From: Melioribacter roseus P3M-2
GTDB lineage: Bacteria; Bacteroidota; Ignavibacteria; Ignavibacteriales; Melioribacteraceae
Length of the DNA stretch: 32,000 bases
Direction: 5' to 3'
Assembly (NCBI RefSeq): GCF_000279145.1
Contig: NC_018178.1
Span: forward strand, 2,829,688 to 2,861,687
Shown here: piece by piece, positions 10,311 through 18,599 of the stretch
Layout: each line of letters begins with the position of its first letter
Position numbering within the stretch: the stretch's first letter is position 1
Translations under genes and position numbers: made by a program
Notes under the pieces: generated by a model
The model's database searches: none
Seen by the model: the letters and a program-made list of their open reading frames with translations, nothing else
Told to the model about the DNA's origin: nothing

Positions 10311-10324
10311 ACAGTCGCCTTAAA

Positions 10325-11092
10325 TTATCTTAAACTTACATCGCCGTAATGAATTTTTTCGACCTTATCGGCGGTTTTCAGGATTAAATATCCGTCGTCG
10401 TCAATATCGTCAAAAACTCCAATAAGAGTTTGCTTATCCTGAATTATCTTAACTTTTTCGCCTATCATCTTGCAGCGTTCGCGCCAATCGTTCAGAATTT
10501 TATCCGGCTTTTCCAAGGCTGTATCGAGCAGGTATTCGAACAGATTCAAAAACTCGCTTAATAGTCGTTCACGGCTCACTATCGATTTGAATTCTTTCCT
10601 GATAGAGGTGGGTTGAATTTCGAATTTGCCCGGAAAATTCGGCTGATTAACATTAATTCCGACGCCCACTACGAGTTTTTCGATTTTTTTCCCTTTGGAT
10701 GTCGATTCAAGCAGTATTCCTGCAATTTTCTTCTTATTTACCAAAACGTCGTTAGGCCATTTCAGTTCTACGTTTAATTGGTATAAATTTTCCAGCGCCT
10801 GAGCAACCGCGAGAGAAGAAAGCAAATTTATGAGATTAATTTTTTTCTCGGGATAATTCTGTTTGAGTAATATAGAAAAAGTTAGATTTTGTCCCGAATT
10901 GCTAATCCATTCCCGATTTTTTCTGCCTTTGCCGTGCGTTTGGTATTCAGCCAGTAAGACGGCTCCGTGCTGATTGAAATCCTTGGATTTAAGAAGAAGG
11001 TCGTTTGTCGACTCAACCTCGTCGCAATAGACAAAATTTCGTCCTATAATTTCAGTGTCGAGCTTAATATCGAATTCTTCAATATTAAACAC
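10325..11092 (-). CDS. birA: Biotin--[acetyl-CoA-carboxylase] ligase, group I (no N-terminal HTH domain)
   Basis: The motifs EVESTND, QTHGKGRKNREW (GRGRxxRxW-type biotin-binding loop), KWPNDV and GIGINVNQ are present. At 255 aa there is no room for a wHTH repressor domain. Confidence 0.85.
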   Translation of the reverse strand: MFNIEEFDIKLDTEIIGRNFVYCDEVESTNDLLLKSKDFNQHGAVLLAEYQTHGKGRKNREWISNSGQNLTFSILLKQNYPEKKINLINLLSSLAVAQALENLYQLNVELKWPNDVLVNKKKIAGILLESTSKGKKIEKLVVGVGINVNQPNFPGKFEIQPTSIRKEFKSIVSRERLLSEFLNLFEYLLDTALEKPDKILNDWRERCKMIGEKVKIIQDKQTLIGVFDDIDDDGYLILKTADKVEKIHYGDVSLR

Positions 11093-11136
11093 TTTTTTAC
11101 CTCCGTAATTTCTTATGAATTTTTGTCCGTCAACTT

Positions 11137-11185
11137 TGTCATAATTAAAGAATAAATATAATTATGACAGAGATGTGTCATAATT
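11137..11185. promoter_or_regulatory. Operator/UAS-like array of three exact copies of a 10-bp motif, including a perfect 26-bp palindrome
   Basis: TGTCATAATT occurs at 11137-11146 and 11176-11185. Its exact reverse complement AATTATGACA occurs at 11160-11169. Positions 11160-11185 read AATTATGACA-gagatg-TGTCATAATT. The array lies in the 222-bp divergent region between birA (-) and hsp20 (+). Confidence 0.55.
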
Positions 11186-11258
11186 GCAGAAATTTTCAAA
11201 ATCAACAAATCGTGCCTTAACTCATTTATTTACAATAAGTTATAGAGAATTTACTGCA

Positions 11259-11275
11259 TTGGCACGCATGTTGTT
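11259..11275 (+). promoter_or_regulatory. Candidate sigma-54 (-24/-12) promoter upstream of hsp20, with a non-canonical -12
   Basis: TTGGCACGCATGTTGTT compares with the consensus YTGGCACG-N4-TTGCW. GG at 11261-62 and the GT at 11273-74 (GC expected) have the canonical 10-nt spacing. The element is about 50 nt upstream of the hsp20 ATG and about 75-125 nt downstream of the palindrome array. An alternative sigma-70 reading is TTGGCA-N16-TATAGG. Confidence 0.3.
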
Positions 11276-11323
11276 TTATATATAGGCGAAAACATGTAAA
11301 ACCAAAAAAAGGAGGTGATGGCT

Positions 11324-11758
11324 ATGACACTCGTAAAATTTGAACCCTTAAAAGAACTCGAAACCTTACATGACAGAATCCAGAGATATTTCGAAGATTT
11401 CACCAACTTTGGTTTTACATTCGCCGACAATTTCAATCCTCGCATCGACATTTCCGAGGATAACGATTCGATCAATGTAGTTGCCGAAATTCCCGGCGTA
11501 AAAAAAGAAAATGTAAAAATTACACTGCAAGATAACATTTTAACCATAGAAGGCGAAAAGAAAAAAGAAGAAGAAAAGAAAGAAAAGAATTATTATCGCT
11601 CCGAGCGTGTTTTCGGTAGCTTCAAGAGGTCGTTCACGCTACCGACAGAAGTGGATGCAGACAATGTAGAAGCCAAATTCGAAAACGGCATGCTCAACAT
11701 CAGACTCAAAAAATTGAATCCGAAACCAAAGAAAGAAAAAGTAATAGAGTTGAAGTAA
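11324..11758 (+). CDS. Small heat-shock protein, Hsp20/alpha-crystallin family
   Basis: The alpha-crystallin domain motifs are present: PRIDISED...[14 protein letters not shown]......L.I.GE......Y.RSER.FGSF.RSF.LP..VD...V.A.F.NG.L.I.L.K. The ORF track starts at GTG 11315, but that codon lies inside the AAGGAGGTG RBS (11308-11317), so ATG 11324 is the more likely start. Confidence 0.85.
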   Translation: MTLVKFEPLKELETLHDRIQRYFEDFTNFGFTFADNFNPRIDISEDNDSINVVAEIPGVKKENVKITLQDNILTIEGEKKKEEEKKEKNYYRSERVFGSFKRSFTLPTEVDADNVEAKFENGMLNIRLKKLNPKPKKEKVIELK

Positions 11759-11789
11759 TATACTTCAACTCTATTCTTTCTTATTTTTT
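11743..11789 (+). terminator. Rho-independent terminator overlapping the hsp20 stop codon
   Basis: A perfect 15-bp stem pairs AATAGAGTTGAAGTA (11743-11757) with TACTTCAACTCTATT (11761-11775). The loop is ATA and the stem is followed by CTTTCTTATTTTTT. The TAA stop (11756-11758) sits in the stem. Confidence 0.8.
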
Positions 11790-11822
11790 ACTAACAAAAC
11801 TATAGAAAAAAAAGGAGAGAAA

Positions 11823-13739
11823 ATGGGAAAAATAATTGGAATTGACTTGGGTACTACTAATTCGTGTGTCGCTGTAATGGAAGGCAACGAACCGGTAGTT
11901 ATTCCTAATTCTGAAGGCGGACGAACTACTCCGTCCGTAGTGGCATTTACAAAAAACGGTGAAATTCTAGTAGGACAACCTGCCAAAAGACAGGCTATAA
12001 CAAATCCGAAAAATACCGTCTTTTCGATTAAACGTTTCATGGGAAGACGTATCGACGAAGTTCAACAGGAAATAAAAGAAGTTCCTTATGAAGTCGTAGG
12101 ATCGGATAACGGTTCGGCACGCGTCAAGATTGGAGACAGACTCTATTCTCCGCCTGAAATTTCGGCAATGATTCTGCAAAAGATGAAAAAAACCGCCGAA
12201 GATTATCTCGGTCAGGAAGTTACAGAAGCTGTTATTACGGTGCCTGCATATTTCAACGACGCTCAAAGACAGGCTACTAAAGACGCGGGCGAAATTGCGG
12301 GATTGAAAGTAAGAAGAATTATAAACGAGCCCACAGCCGCAGCTCTTGCTTACGGTCTCGATAAAAAACATAAAGACCAGTTGGTTGCCGTTTATGACTT
12401 GGGCGGTGGTACGTTCGATATCTCGATTCTTCAGATTGGCGAAGGCGTTTTCGAAGTTAAATCGACAAACGGCGACACTCATTTAGGCGGCGACGATTTC
12501 GATCAACGATTGATTAATTATCTCGCCGACGAATTCCAGAAACAGGAAGGAATTGATCTGAGAAAAGATCCGATGGCGCTGCAGAGACTGAAAGAAGCAG
12601 CTGAAAAAGCTAAAATTGAACTTTCTTCGTCTGCTCAAACCGACGTTAATTTACCGTTTATCACTGCTACTCAAGACGGTCCCAAACACCTTAACATAAC
12701 TATTACAAGAGCAAAATTCGAACAATTGATAGACGACCTGATCCAAAAGACGGTCGAGCCGTGTGAAAAAGCGATGAAAGACGCAGGCGTAACTCCGTCT
12801 CAAATTGACGAAGTAATCCTGGTCGGCGGTTCTACTCGTATTCCCAAGGTTCAGGAAGTCGTTAAGAAAATTTTCGGCAAAGAGCCTCATAAAGGCGTTA
12901 ATCCTGATGAAGTTGTCGCTATCGGAGCTGCAATTCAAGGCGGCGTGCTTGCAGGCGACGTAAAAGACGTTCTCTTGCTCGACGTTACTCCGCTTTCGCT
13001 TGGCATCGAAACTTTAGGCGGCGTTATGACTGTATTGATTCCCGCTAATACTACAATACCTACGCGCAAGAGTGAAATTTTCTCGACAGCTGCGGATAAT
13101 CAACCTTCTGTAGAGATACACGTACTGCAAGGCGAGCGTCCGATGGCTGCAGATAACAGAACTCTCGGTCGATTCCATCTCGATGGAATACCGCCGGCTC
13201 CAAGAGGCGTGCCCCAGATAGAAGTAACTTTCGATATCGACGCTAACGGTATTCTGCACGTATCGGCTAAAGACAAAGCCACAAATAAAGAACAAAGCAT
13301 TAGAATTACCTCTTCGAGCGGTCTGTCGAAAGAAGAAATCGAAAAGATGAAGCAGGAAGCCAAAGCTCACGCTGCCGAGGACAAGAAAAAGAAAGAAGCT
13401 GTTGAAATCAGAAACAACGCGGATAATCTGGTATTCCAGACGAAAAAACAGATTAACGAATTGGGCGATAAACTGCCCGCTGACAAGAAGAGCAGACTCG
13501 AAAGCGAAATTCAGAAAGTCGAAGACGCTCTGAAATCGAACGACGTCGATCAAATTAAATCCGCCGCTGACAGTCTGACAAAAGTCTGGAACGAAGTTGC
13601 TCAGACTCTCTATCAGCAACAAGGTCAGCCGGGAGCTCAACAAACTCCGGGCGACGGAAGCGCCAAAGCAGAATCCGAACCGAAAACTGAAGGCGATGTT
13701 GAAGACGCTTCCTACGAAGTTGTAGACGACGATAAATAA
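11823..13739 (+). CDS. dnaK: Molecular chaperone DnaK (Hsp70)
   Basis: All Hsp70 signatures are present: [25 protein letters not shown] and [15 protein letters not shown]. An acidic C-terminal tail is present. The RBS AAGGAGAG precedes the ATG. Confidence 0.97.
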   Translation: MGKIIGIDLGTTNSCVAVMEGNEPVVIPNSEGGRTTPSVVAFTKNGEILVGQPAKRQAITNPKNTVFSIKRFMGRRIDEVQQEIKEVPYEVVGSDNGSARVKIGDRLYSPPEISAMILQKMKKTAEDYLGQEVTEAVITVPAYFNDAQRQATKDAGEIAGLKVRRIINEPTAAALAYGLDKKHKDQLVAVYDLGGGTFDISILQIGEGVFEVKSTNGDTHLGGDDFDQRLINYLADEFQKQEGIDLRKDPMALQRLKEAAEKAKIELSSSAQTDVNLPFITATQDGPKHLNITITRAKFEQLIDDLIQKTVEPCEKAMKDAGVTPSQIDEVILVGGSTRIPKVQEVVKKIFGKEPHKGVNPDEVVAIGAAIQGGVLAGDVKDVLLLDVTPLSLGIETLGGVMTVLIPANTTIPTRKSEIFSTAADNQPSVEIHVLQGERPMAADNRTLGRFHLDGIPPAPRGVPQIEVTFDIDANGILHVSAKDKATNKEQSIRITSSSGLSKEEIEKMKQEAKAHAAEDKKKKEAVEIRNNADNLVFQTKKQINELGDKLPADKKSRLESEIQKVEDALKSNDVDQIKSAADSLTKVWNEVAQTLYQQQGQPGAQQTPGDGSAKAESEPKTEGDVEDASYEVVDDDK

Positions 13740-13780
13740 CAAAAAAGTTTAATGTAAAAAAATAAAAGGAGGTGATTACT

Positions 13781-14179
13781 ATGGCAGAAACAAAAGATGT
13801 AATGGAAGTTCAGAGCCAGACCCGGAAAAGCTGGGAAGAAGCTCTCGAAAGAGAATCCTGGGTTGCTCCTTTGGTAGATATTTACGAAACGGATAACGAT
13901 TATTATCTCAACGCTTATCTGCCCGGCGTTACAAAAGATAATCTTAAAATAAAACTCGAAGACGAGCATCTGATTATAATGGGCAGAATCAATTTCGACG
14001 ATGTAGTCAACAGAAAATATGTTCTGAAAGAGACAGAAACTGGAAACTTTTACCGCAGCTTCAAAATCGGCGATTCAATTGACGAGTCGAATATCGAAGC
14101 TCATCTCGAAAACGGCATACTCGAAATAAGACTGCCGAAACACGAAAGGGTAAAACCCAGAACTATTGAGATAAAATAA
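13781..14179 (+). CDS. Small heat-shock protein, Hsp20/alpha-crystallin family (second, divergent paralogue)
   Basis: The motifs P.VDIYETDNDYYL.A.LPGV.KDNLKI......L.I.G and F.R.F.....ID...I.A.LENG.L.I.LPK are present. The GTG at 13772 lies inside the AAGGAGGTG RBS, so ATG 13781 is the more likely start. Confidence 0.85.
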   Translation: MAETKDVMEVQSQTRKSWEEALERESWVAPLVDIYETDNDYYLNAYLPGVTKDNLKIKLEDEHLIIMGRINFDDVVNRKYVLKETETGNFYRSFKIGDSIDESNIEAHLENGILEIRLPKHERVKPRTIEIK

Positions 14180-14183
14180 GATT

Positions 14184-14212
14184 AAAAAAGGCTGCTTGAG
14201 GCAGCCTTTTTT
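14184..14212 (+). terminator. Rho-independent terminator ending the hsp20-dnaK-hsp20 unit
   Basis: AAAAAAGGCTGC (14184-14195) and GCAGCCTTTTTT (14201-14212) are perfectly complementary. The loop is TTGAG. The A-tract/T-tract symmetry suggests it could act in both directions. Confidence 0.85.
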
Positions 14213-14250
14213 ATTGAATTAATCCTTCCTCATTTATATGTTTAACTCCT

Positions 14251-16227
14251 ATGAAAATCCGTTATATTATTCTGTCTGTCCTTTTTATCGGAGTCATTAT
14301 ACAGTATTCCGAAGAAAAAACTATATCCAATTTTTATTATAAATTTAAAAATAGTGGATACGAAAAAGGTCTTATAAAATCCGAAGCAAATACATTTAAT
14401 CCGGCAGCCAACTATAACTTCTTTATCAATTATGACCCGATAAACGATATAGCCGACGTCCGTGAAGAAATCCGGTGGATTAATAATACTGAATTCCCGA
14501 CTGAAGAAATATATCTACATTTGTATCCTAACGCTTACAGCAATAACAATACTTTTTTTGCGCAGGCATACCGTCTTGAAGAAGAAAATATGACTCGCGT
14601 TAATATTGAATTTGTGGAAGCCGAGAGCGAAAGGAAAGATTTAATTTACGTTAATCCGGAAATTGTTAATCCGTACGACAGCACGGTTGCTAAATTTATT
14701 CTCAGAAAAAAAGCTAATCCCGGAGATACGGTTAAAATCGATATTAAATATTCTCTTAAAATTCCGGTTTCGGTTAAAAGGTTTGGAACGGCACGAGGAC
14801 GAAATTTCGACTTTATTTCTCAATGGTATCCGAAAATCGGCGTTTTTGAGAACGGCAAGTGGATATGCAGCTCATATTACCCCTATTTGAATTATTATTC
14901 CGATTTCGGAGAATACAGATTGACGATTAAAATACCAAAGAATTTTACATTGATTCCGGGCGGCGAAATTACTGATGTTCAGGAGGAAGGAGCCGTTAAA
15001 ACTTACACCGTGGTTCAATCGGGAATTCACGACTTTGTCTGGGCTGTAACGGATAATATTGTATACGAAAAAACGCATTATAAAAGGAAAGACGGCGCAA
15101 CAGTAAATGTAAATCTTTTCATTCAACCGGAACGAATCAAATATCGGGAGAGATACAAAAAAGCGGTTGTTAATTGTCTCGCTTACTTCGAAGAGAAGGT
15201 TGGAATTTATCCTTACAGCAATTTAACTATGGTGGATGTGCCGCGTACATCGGCTTCGGGCGGAATGGAATATCCCACTTTATTTACCGTAAGCGCGGAA
15301 TTATTCTCGCCCGAAAAAACCGGCTGGCCGGAATATCTGGTAGCGCATGAATTTGCGCATCAATATTTCCAGGGTATTATAGCCAGCAACGAAGTCTACG
15401 AAGCCTGGCTCGACGAAGGTTTTGCCTCTTATTTTGCTACAAAATTTATGTACGAATTTTATCCCGATATCCTCGCTTATTTCCGTATCGCCAAATTCGT
15501 TCCCGTTTTCGGATTGAATTTTCTCTCTTACAATGAAATACCCATTATTTATACAATCGCGGATATACCGGTCAATCTGGGGGCGCAAAGCGCCGCCAGT
15601 TATTACAGAAATCTTGCAATCGGTTCCATTTCCGACCTTTCTTACTTGCAGCCGAGCAGGCTTGCTTATGTGGTTAATTCGTATTCAAAACCGGAACTTA
15701 TGCTGCATACTCTCGAAAGGTATCTCGGATCCGACAAAATGGATCGAATAGTCAAAGAATATTATAACGCATTTAAATTCAGACACGTAAAAGCTAATGA
15801 TTTTATAAATCTGGTCAAACGTTTCGCGGGCGAAGATATTGATTGGTTCTTTAAAGAATTTTATGCCGATTCGAAAATTTTCGATTACTCAATTACATCG
15901 GTAAACAAAGCGGGCAATAATCTGTACGCCGTAACTGCGGAACGAAAAGGCGACGGTTTTTTCAAAAACGATATTGCGTTATACACCGAGACCGACACTT
16001 TATACGCCAAATGGGAAGACGACGCGAGGTGGAAAATATTTTATTTCGAAACTGAAGATAAGGTATACGGCGCAGAAATCGACCCTCACAGAAAAAATCT
16101 TCTCGATATCGACTTTGCAAACAATTCCTACATGATTGAAAAAAGATATTGGGCTTCGTTATCGATTTCAGCCCGCTGGTTTTTCTGGGTGCAAAACGCT
16201 TTGATAATTCTCGGGAGTATCGGATGA
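14251..16227 (+). CDS. M1-family (gluzincin) zinc metallopeptidase, membrane-anchored
   Basis: The HEXXH-(18X)-E zinc signature is VAHEFAHQYFQG...WLDEGFASY. There is an N-terminal hydrophobic segment MKIRYIILSVLFIGVII and a C-terminal hydrophobic segment RWFFWVQNALIILGSIG. Confidence 0.8.
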   Translation: MKIRYIILSVLFIGVIIQYSEEKTISNFYYKFKNSGYEKGLIKSEANTFNPAANYNFFINYDPINDIADVREEIRWINNTEFPTEEIYLHLYPNAYSNNNTFFAQAYRLEEENMTRVNIEFVEAESERKDLIYVNPEIVNPYDSTVAKFILRKKANPGDTVKIDIKYSLKIPVSVKRFGTARGRNFDFISQWYPKIGVFENGKWICSSYYPYLNYYSDFGEYRLTIKIPKNFTLIPGGEITDVQEEGAVKTYTVVQSGIHDFVWAVTDNIVYEKTHYKRKDGATVNVNLFIQPERIKYRERYKKAVVNCLAYFEEKVGIYPYSNLTMVDVPRTSASGGMEYPTLFTVSAELFSPEKTGWPEYLVAHEFAHQYFQGIIASNEVYEAWLDEGFASYFATKFMYEFYPDILAYFRIAKFVPVFGLNFLSYNEIPIIYTIADIPVNLGAQSAASYYRNLAIGSISDLSYLQPSRLAYVVNSYSKPELMLHTLERYLGSDKMDRIVKEYYNAFKFRHVKANDFINLVKRFAGEDIDWFFKEFYADSKIFDYSITSVNKAGNNLYAVTAERKGDGFFKNDIALYTETDTLYAKWEDDARWKIFYFETEDKVYGAEIDPHRKNLLDIDFANNSYMIEKRYWASLSISARWFFWVQNALIILGSIG

Positions 16228-17111
16228 AATTAACTATTAAGGATACTCTCATTCAGTCTTCGCGACTTGTGTTCTATAATGCAAAATTTGTCGTTCTGCT
16301 CTGGATTACGAATTCCGCATTCGCTCTTTTGACAAGCGTGGTTATTTATACTCTGCTTGAAAACAGTTTGAGCCATTCCATAATAAGCGACCAGTTAAAC
16401 AAACAATTCGATTACTTCTGGTATGTTCAATTTCAGAACTTAAATAAAATCCAGTTCGAGCAAATTCCCTTGCTCATTTACATTGTAGTAGTAATATATA
16501 CATTGATTCAGACTTTTTATCTCGGGGGATTGATTTCCGTATTCAATAATTATGAAAAAAATCACATGGTCGATTTCTTTTACGGAGGAGTAAAATATTT
16601 CTTCCGTTTTTTCAAAGTGGTTCTCGTATCGACCTTATTATACGTACTCGGTTTTATACTCAACGATAATCTCGGAAATATGATTTCGTATTTATTCCGG
16701 AATTCCGAAAACGTTCTAGCTGAATTTGTTATCCGTAGTTTGCGTTATTCGTTCCTTATTTTTTTAATAGGCATTATATCAATTGTTTCCGATTATACGA
16801 AAGTCGCTCTTGCAATTGACGATAAACACAATATATTAAACTATATATCGAAATCCGCGCGTTTTATATACGATAATTTCAGGGTAACATTTTCCACATT
16901 CTTTATAATTGCCCTGATTGGAGCGGGTGGAGCTCTCCTTTATAACGCAATCGTCTATTTTTTACCGAGAACCCCGTATTACTTTTTGGCGATTGCCTTT
17001 ATTCTTCAACAAATCTTAGTTATTTTTCGGTTGTTGATTCGAATGTATTTCTATTCGAGCGAAGTTATGTTATATAAGGACCTAAGCGCGGAAATCATTA
17101 ACAAACAATAA
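16224..17111 (+). CDS. Polytopic integral membrane protein of unknown function
   Basis: About 6 hydrophobic helices are visible in the translation. ATG 16224 overlaps the peptidase TGA (ATGA), so I prefer it over the ORF-track start at 16149, which would overlap the peptidase by 79 nt. I recognise no family. Confidence 0.6.
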   Translation: MKLTIKDTLIQSSRLVFYNAKFVVLLWITNSAFALLTSVVIYTLLENSLSHSIISDQLNKQFDYFWYVQFQNLNKIQFEQIPLLIYIVVVIYTLIQTFYLGGLISVFNNYEKNHMVDFFYGGVKYFFRFFKVVLVSTLLYVLGFILNDNLGNMISYLFRNSENVLAEFVIRSLRYSFLIFLIGIISIVSDYTKVALAIDDKHNILNYISKSARFIYDNFRVTFSTFFIIALIGAGGALLYNAIVYFLPRTPYYFLAIAFILQQILVIFRLLIRMYFYSSEVMLYKDLSAEIINKQ

Positions 17112-17126
17112 TCATACGGAGTTTAA

Positions 17127-17669
17127 ATGGCTGTTTTACCCATTAAAATATACGGCAGTAAGATACTCAGAGAGAAAGCAAAGAAAATCGAACAGATAGA
17201 CGATACCGTTATCGACTATATTCGAAATATGTTCGAAACCATGCGTAAAGCATACGGAGTAGGACTGGCTGCTAATCAGGTGGGCATCGACAAATCCATC
17301 TTTGTTATCGATTTGAAAGATGTGGAAGGATATGAAAAATTCAAACCGCTGGTAATGATTAATCCGGAAATTATCGAAGAATCGGATGAATTTGTATCGA
17401 TGGAAGAAGGGTGCCTCAGTTTGCCCACATTACGCGCCGACGTCGAAAGACCGAAAGAAATTAAGGTTAGATATCTCGACACGGACGAAAATATTCAGGA
17501 AATGGAAGCTTCCGACTTCTTAGCCCGTGTTATACTGCATGAGTACGATCACTTGATCGGGAAAATGATACCCGACAGAGTTGCCGACGAAGTTAAAAAG
17601 CAACTTAAAGAACAACTCGAAAAGATTCGCAAAAAAGAAGTTGAAATCGACTATCCGGTATCGGACTAA
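17127..17669 (+). CDS. def: Peptide deformylase
   Basis: The three Def motifs are present: GVGLAANQVG, EGCLS and HEYDH. A GGAG RBS lies upstream. Confidence 0.92.
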   Translation: MAVLPIKIYGSKILREKAKKIEQIDDTVIDYIRNMFETMRKAYGVGLAANQVGIDKSIFVIDLKDVEGYEKFKPLVMINPEIIEESDEFVSMEEGCLSLPTLRADVERPKEIKVRYLDTDENIQEMEASDFLARVILHEYDHLIGKMIPDRVADEVKKQLKEQLEKIRKKEVEIDYPVSD

Positions 17670-17686
17670 TCTCACGGAGGAAAGAA

Positions 17687-18589
17687 TTGAATTTGGTTTT
17701 TATGGGTACGCCCGACTTTGCCGTCCCTTCTCTGGAACGCCTGATCGATAGCCGTCATAATGTTAAGCTTGTAGTAACCGCTCCCGATAAAGAAAGAGGA
17801 CGAGGTCGTAAAGTTACGCCTACTCCGATAAAAGAAGTAGCGCTCAGCAATAATATTGAAGTCGTTACTCCTTCGGATTTAACAGATGATTCTTTTCTTA
17901 ACCTACTGAAAGAAATAAATGCCGATTTGTTTGTGGTAGTAGCATTCAGAATACTTCCCGCAAAAGTATTTACAATTCCAGCTGCCGGAACGATTAACCT
18001 GCACGGTTCGCTTCTTCCGAAGTACCGCGGCGCGGCGCCCATTCAATGGGCTTTAATTAACGGAGATACAGAAACTGGATTGACCACTTTTTTTATAGAT
18101 GAGAAAGTAGACACAGGCAATATTATTATGCAGCAAAAAGTAAGAATTGAAGAAAACGACGATTACGGCTCTCTGTACAATAAAATGAAGATAGAAGGGG
18201 CTGAATTGCTCCTTAAAACGGTTGATTTGATTGAATCCGGAAATTATACTTTGCAAAAGCAAGATCCTGAACATGTTACTATGGCTCCGAAAATTACTAA
18301 AGAATTATGCCGTATCGATTGGAATTTGCCTGCGAAGAAAATTCATAATTTAATCAGAGGGCTTTCGCCTCAGCCGGGAGCCTTTTTTGTACTCAATGAT
18401 AAAGCATATAAAGTATATAAATCAGCGGTTGTCAAAGAACCGATTCTCAAGCCGGCCGAAATTCTTCAGACAAAAAATGAAATTTTTATCGGAACGGGAG
18501 AGGGTACGCTGCAAATTATTCGAATTAAACCCGAAGGGAGAAAAACTATGACTTCGGAAGAATTCCTGCGCGGGTATTCACTAATTTAA
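17687..18589 (+). CDS. fmt: Methionyl-tRNA formyltransferase
   Basis: The motifs VFMGTPDFAV, NLHGSLLPKYRGAAPIQWALINGDTETG and the C-terminal domain are present. It has a TTG start preceded by a GGAGG RBS. The def-fmt order is classical. Confidence 0.92.
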   Translation: MNLVFMGTPDFAVPSLERLIDSRHNVKLVVTAPDKERGRGRKVTPTPIKEVALSNNIEVVTPSDLTDDSFLNLLKEINADLFVVVAFRILPAKVFTIPAAGTINLHGSLLPKYRGAAPIQWALINGDTETGLTTFFIDEKVDTGNIIMQQKVRIEENDDYGSLYNKMKIEGAELLLKTVDLIESGNYTLQKQDPEHVTMAPKITKELCRIDWNLPAKKIHNLIRGLSPQPGAFFVLNDKAYKVYKSAVVKEPILKPAEILQTKNEIFIGTGEGTLQIIRIKPEGRKTMTSEEFLRGYSLI

Positions 18590-18599
18590 CGGAAATACG

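Noticed and set aside
11164-11220. An 18-codon mini-ORF (MTEMCHNCRNFQNQQIVP) starting inside the 26-bp palindrome.
   Set aside because: It has no Shine-Dalgarno sequence in a genome that uses them strongly. The ATG is simply part of the TTATGACA half-site, and there is no evidence of coding.
11555-11589. A 35-nt pure-purine tract (GAAAAGAAAAAAGAAGAAGAAAAGAAAGAAAAGAA) in hsp20.
   Set aside because: It simply encodes the Lys/Glu-rich [12 protein letters not shown] segment common at this position in sHSPs, and nothing suggests a separate DNA-level function.
13014-13742. A 242-aa ORF antisense to dnaK, plus other long antisense ORFs at 169-897, 1606-2418, 7980-8801 and 11967-12482.
   Set aside because: Each lies fully inside a sense gene with an unmistakable conserved product. 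Their translations are low-complexity and Ser/Phe/Arg/Cys-rich with no recognisable motifs and no RBS. Long stop-free antisense frames are a known by-product of codon bias, especially in dnaK.
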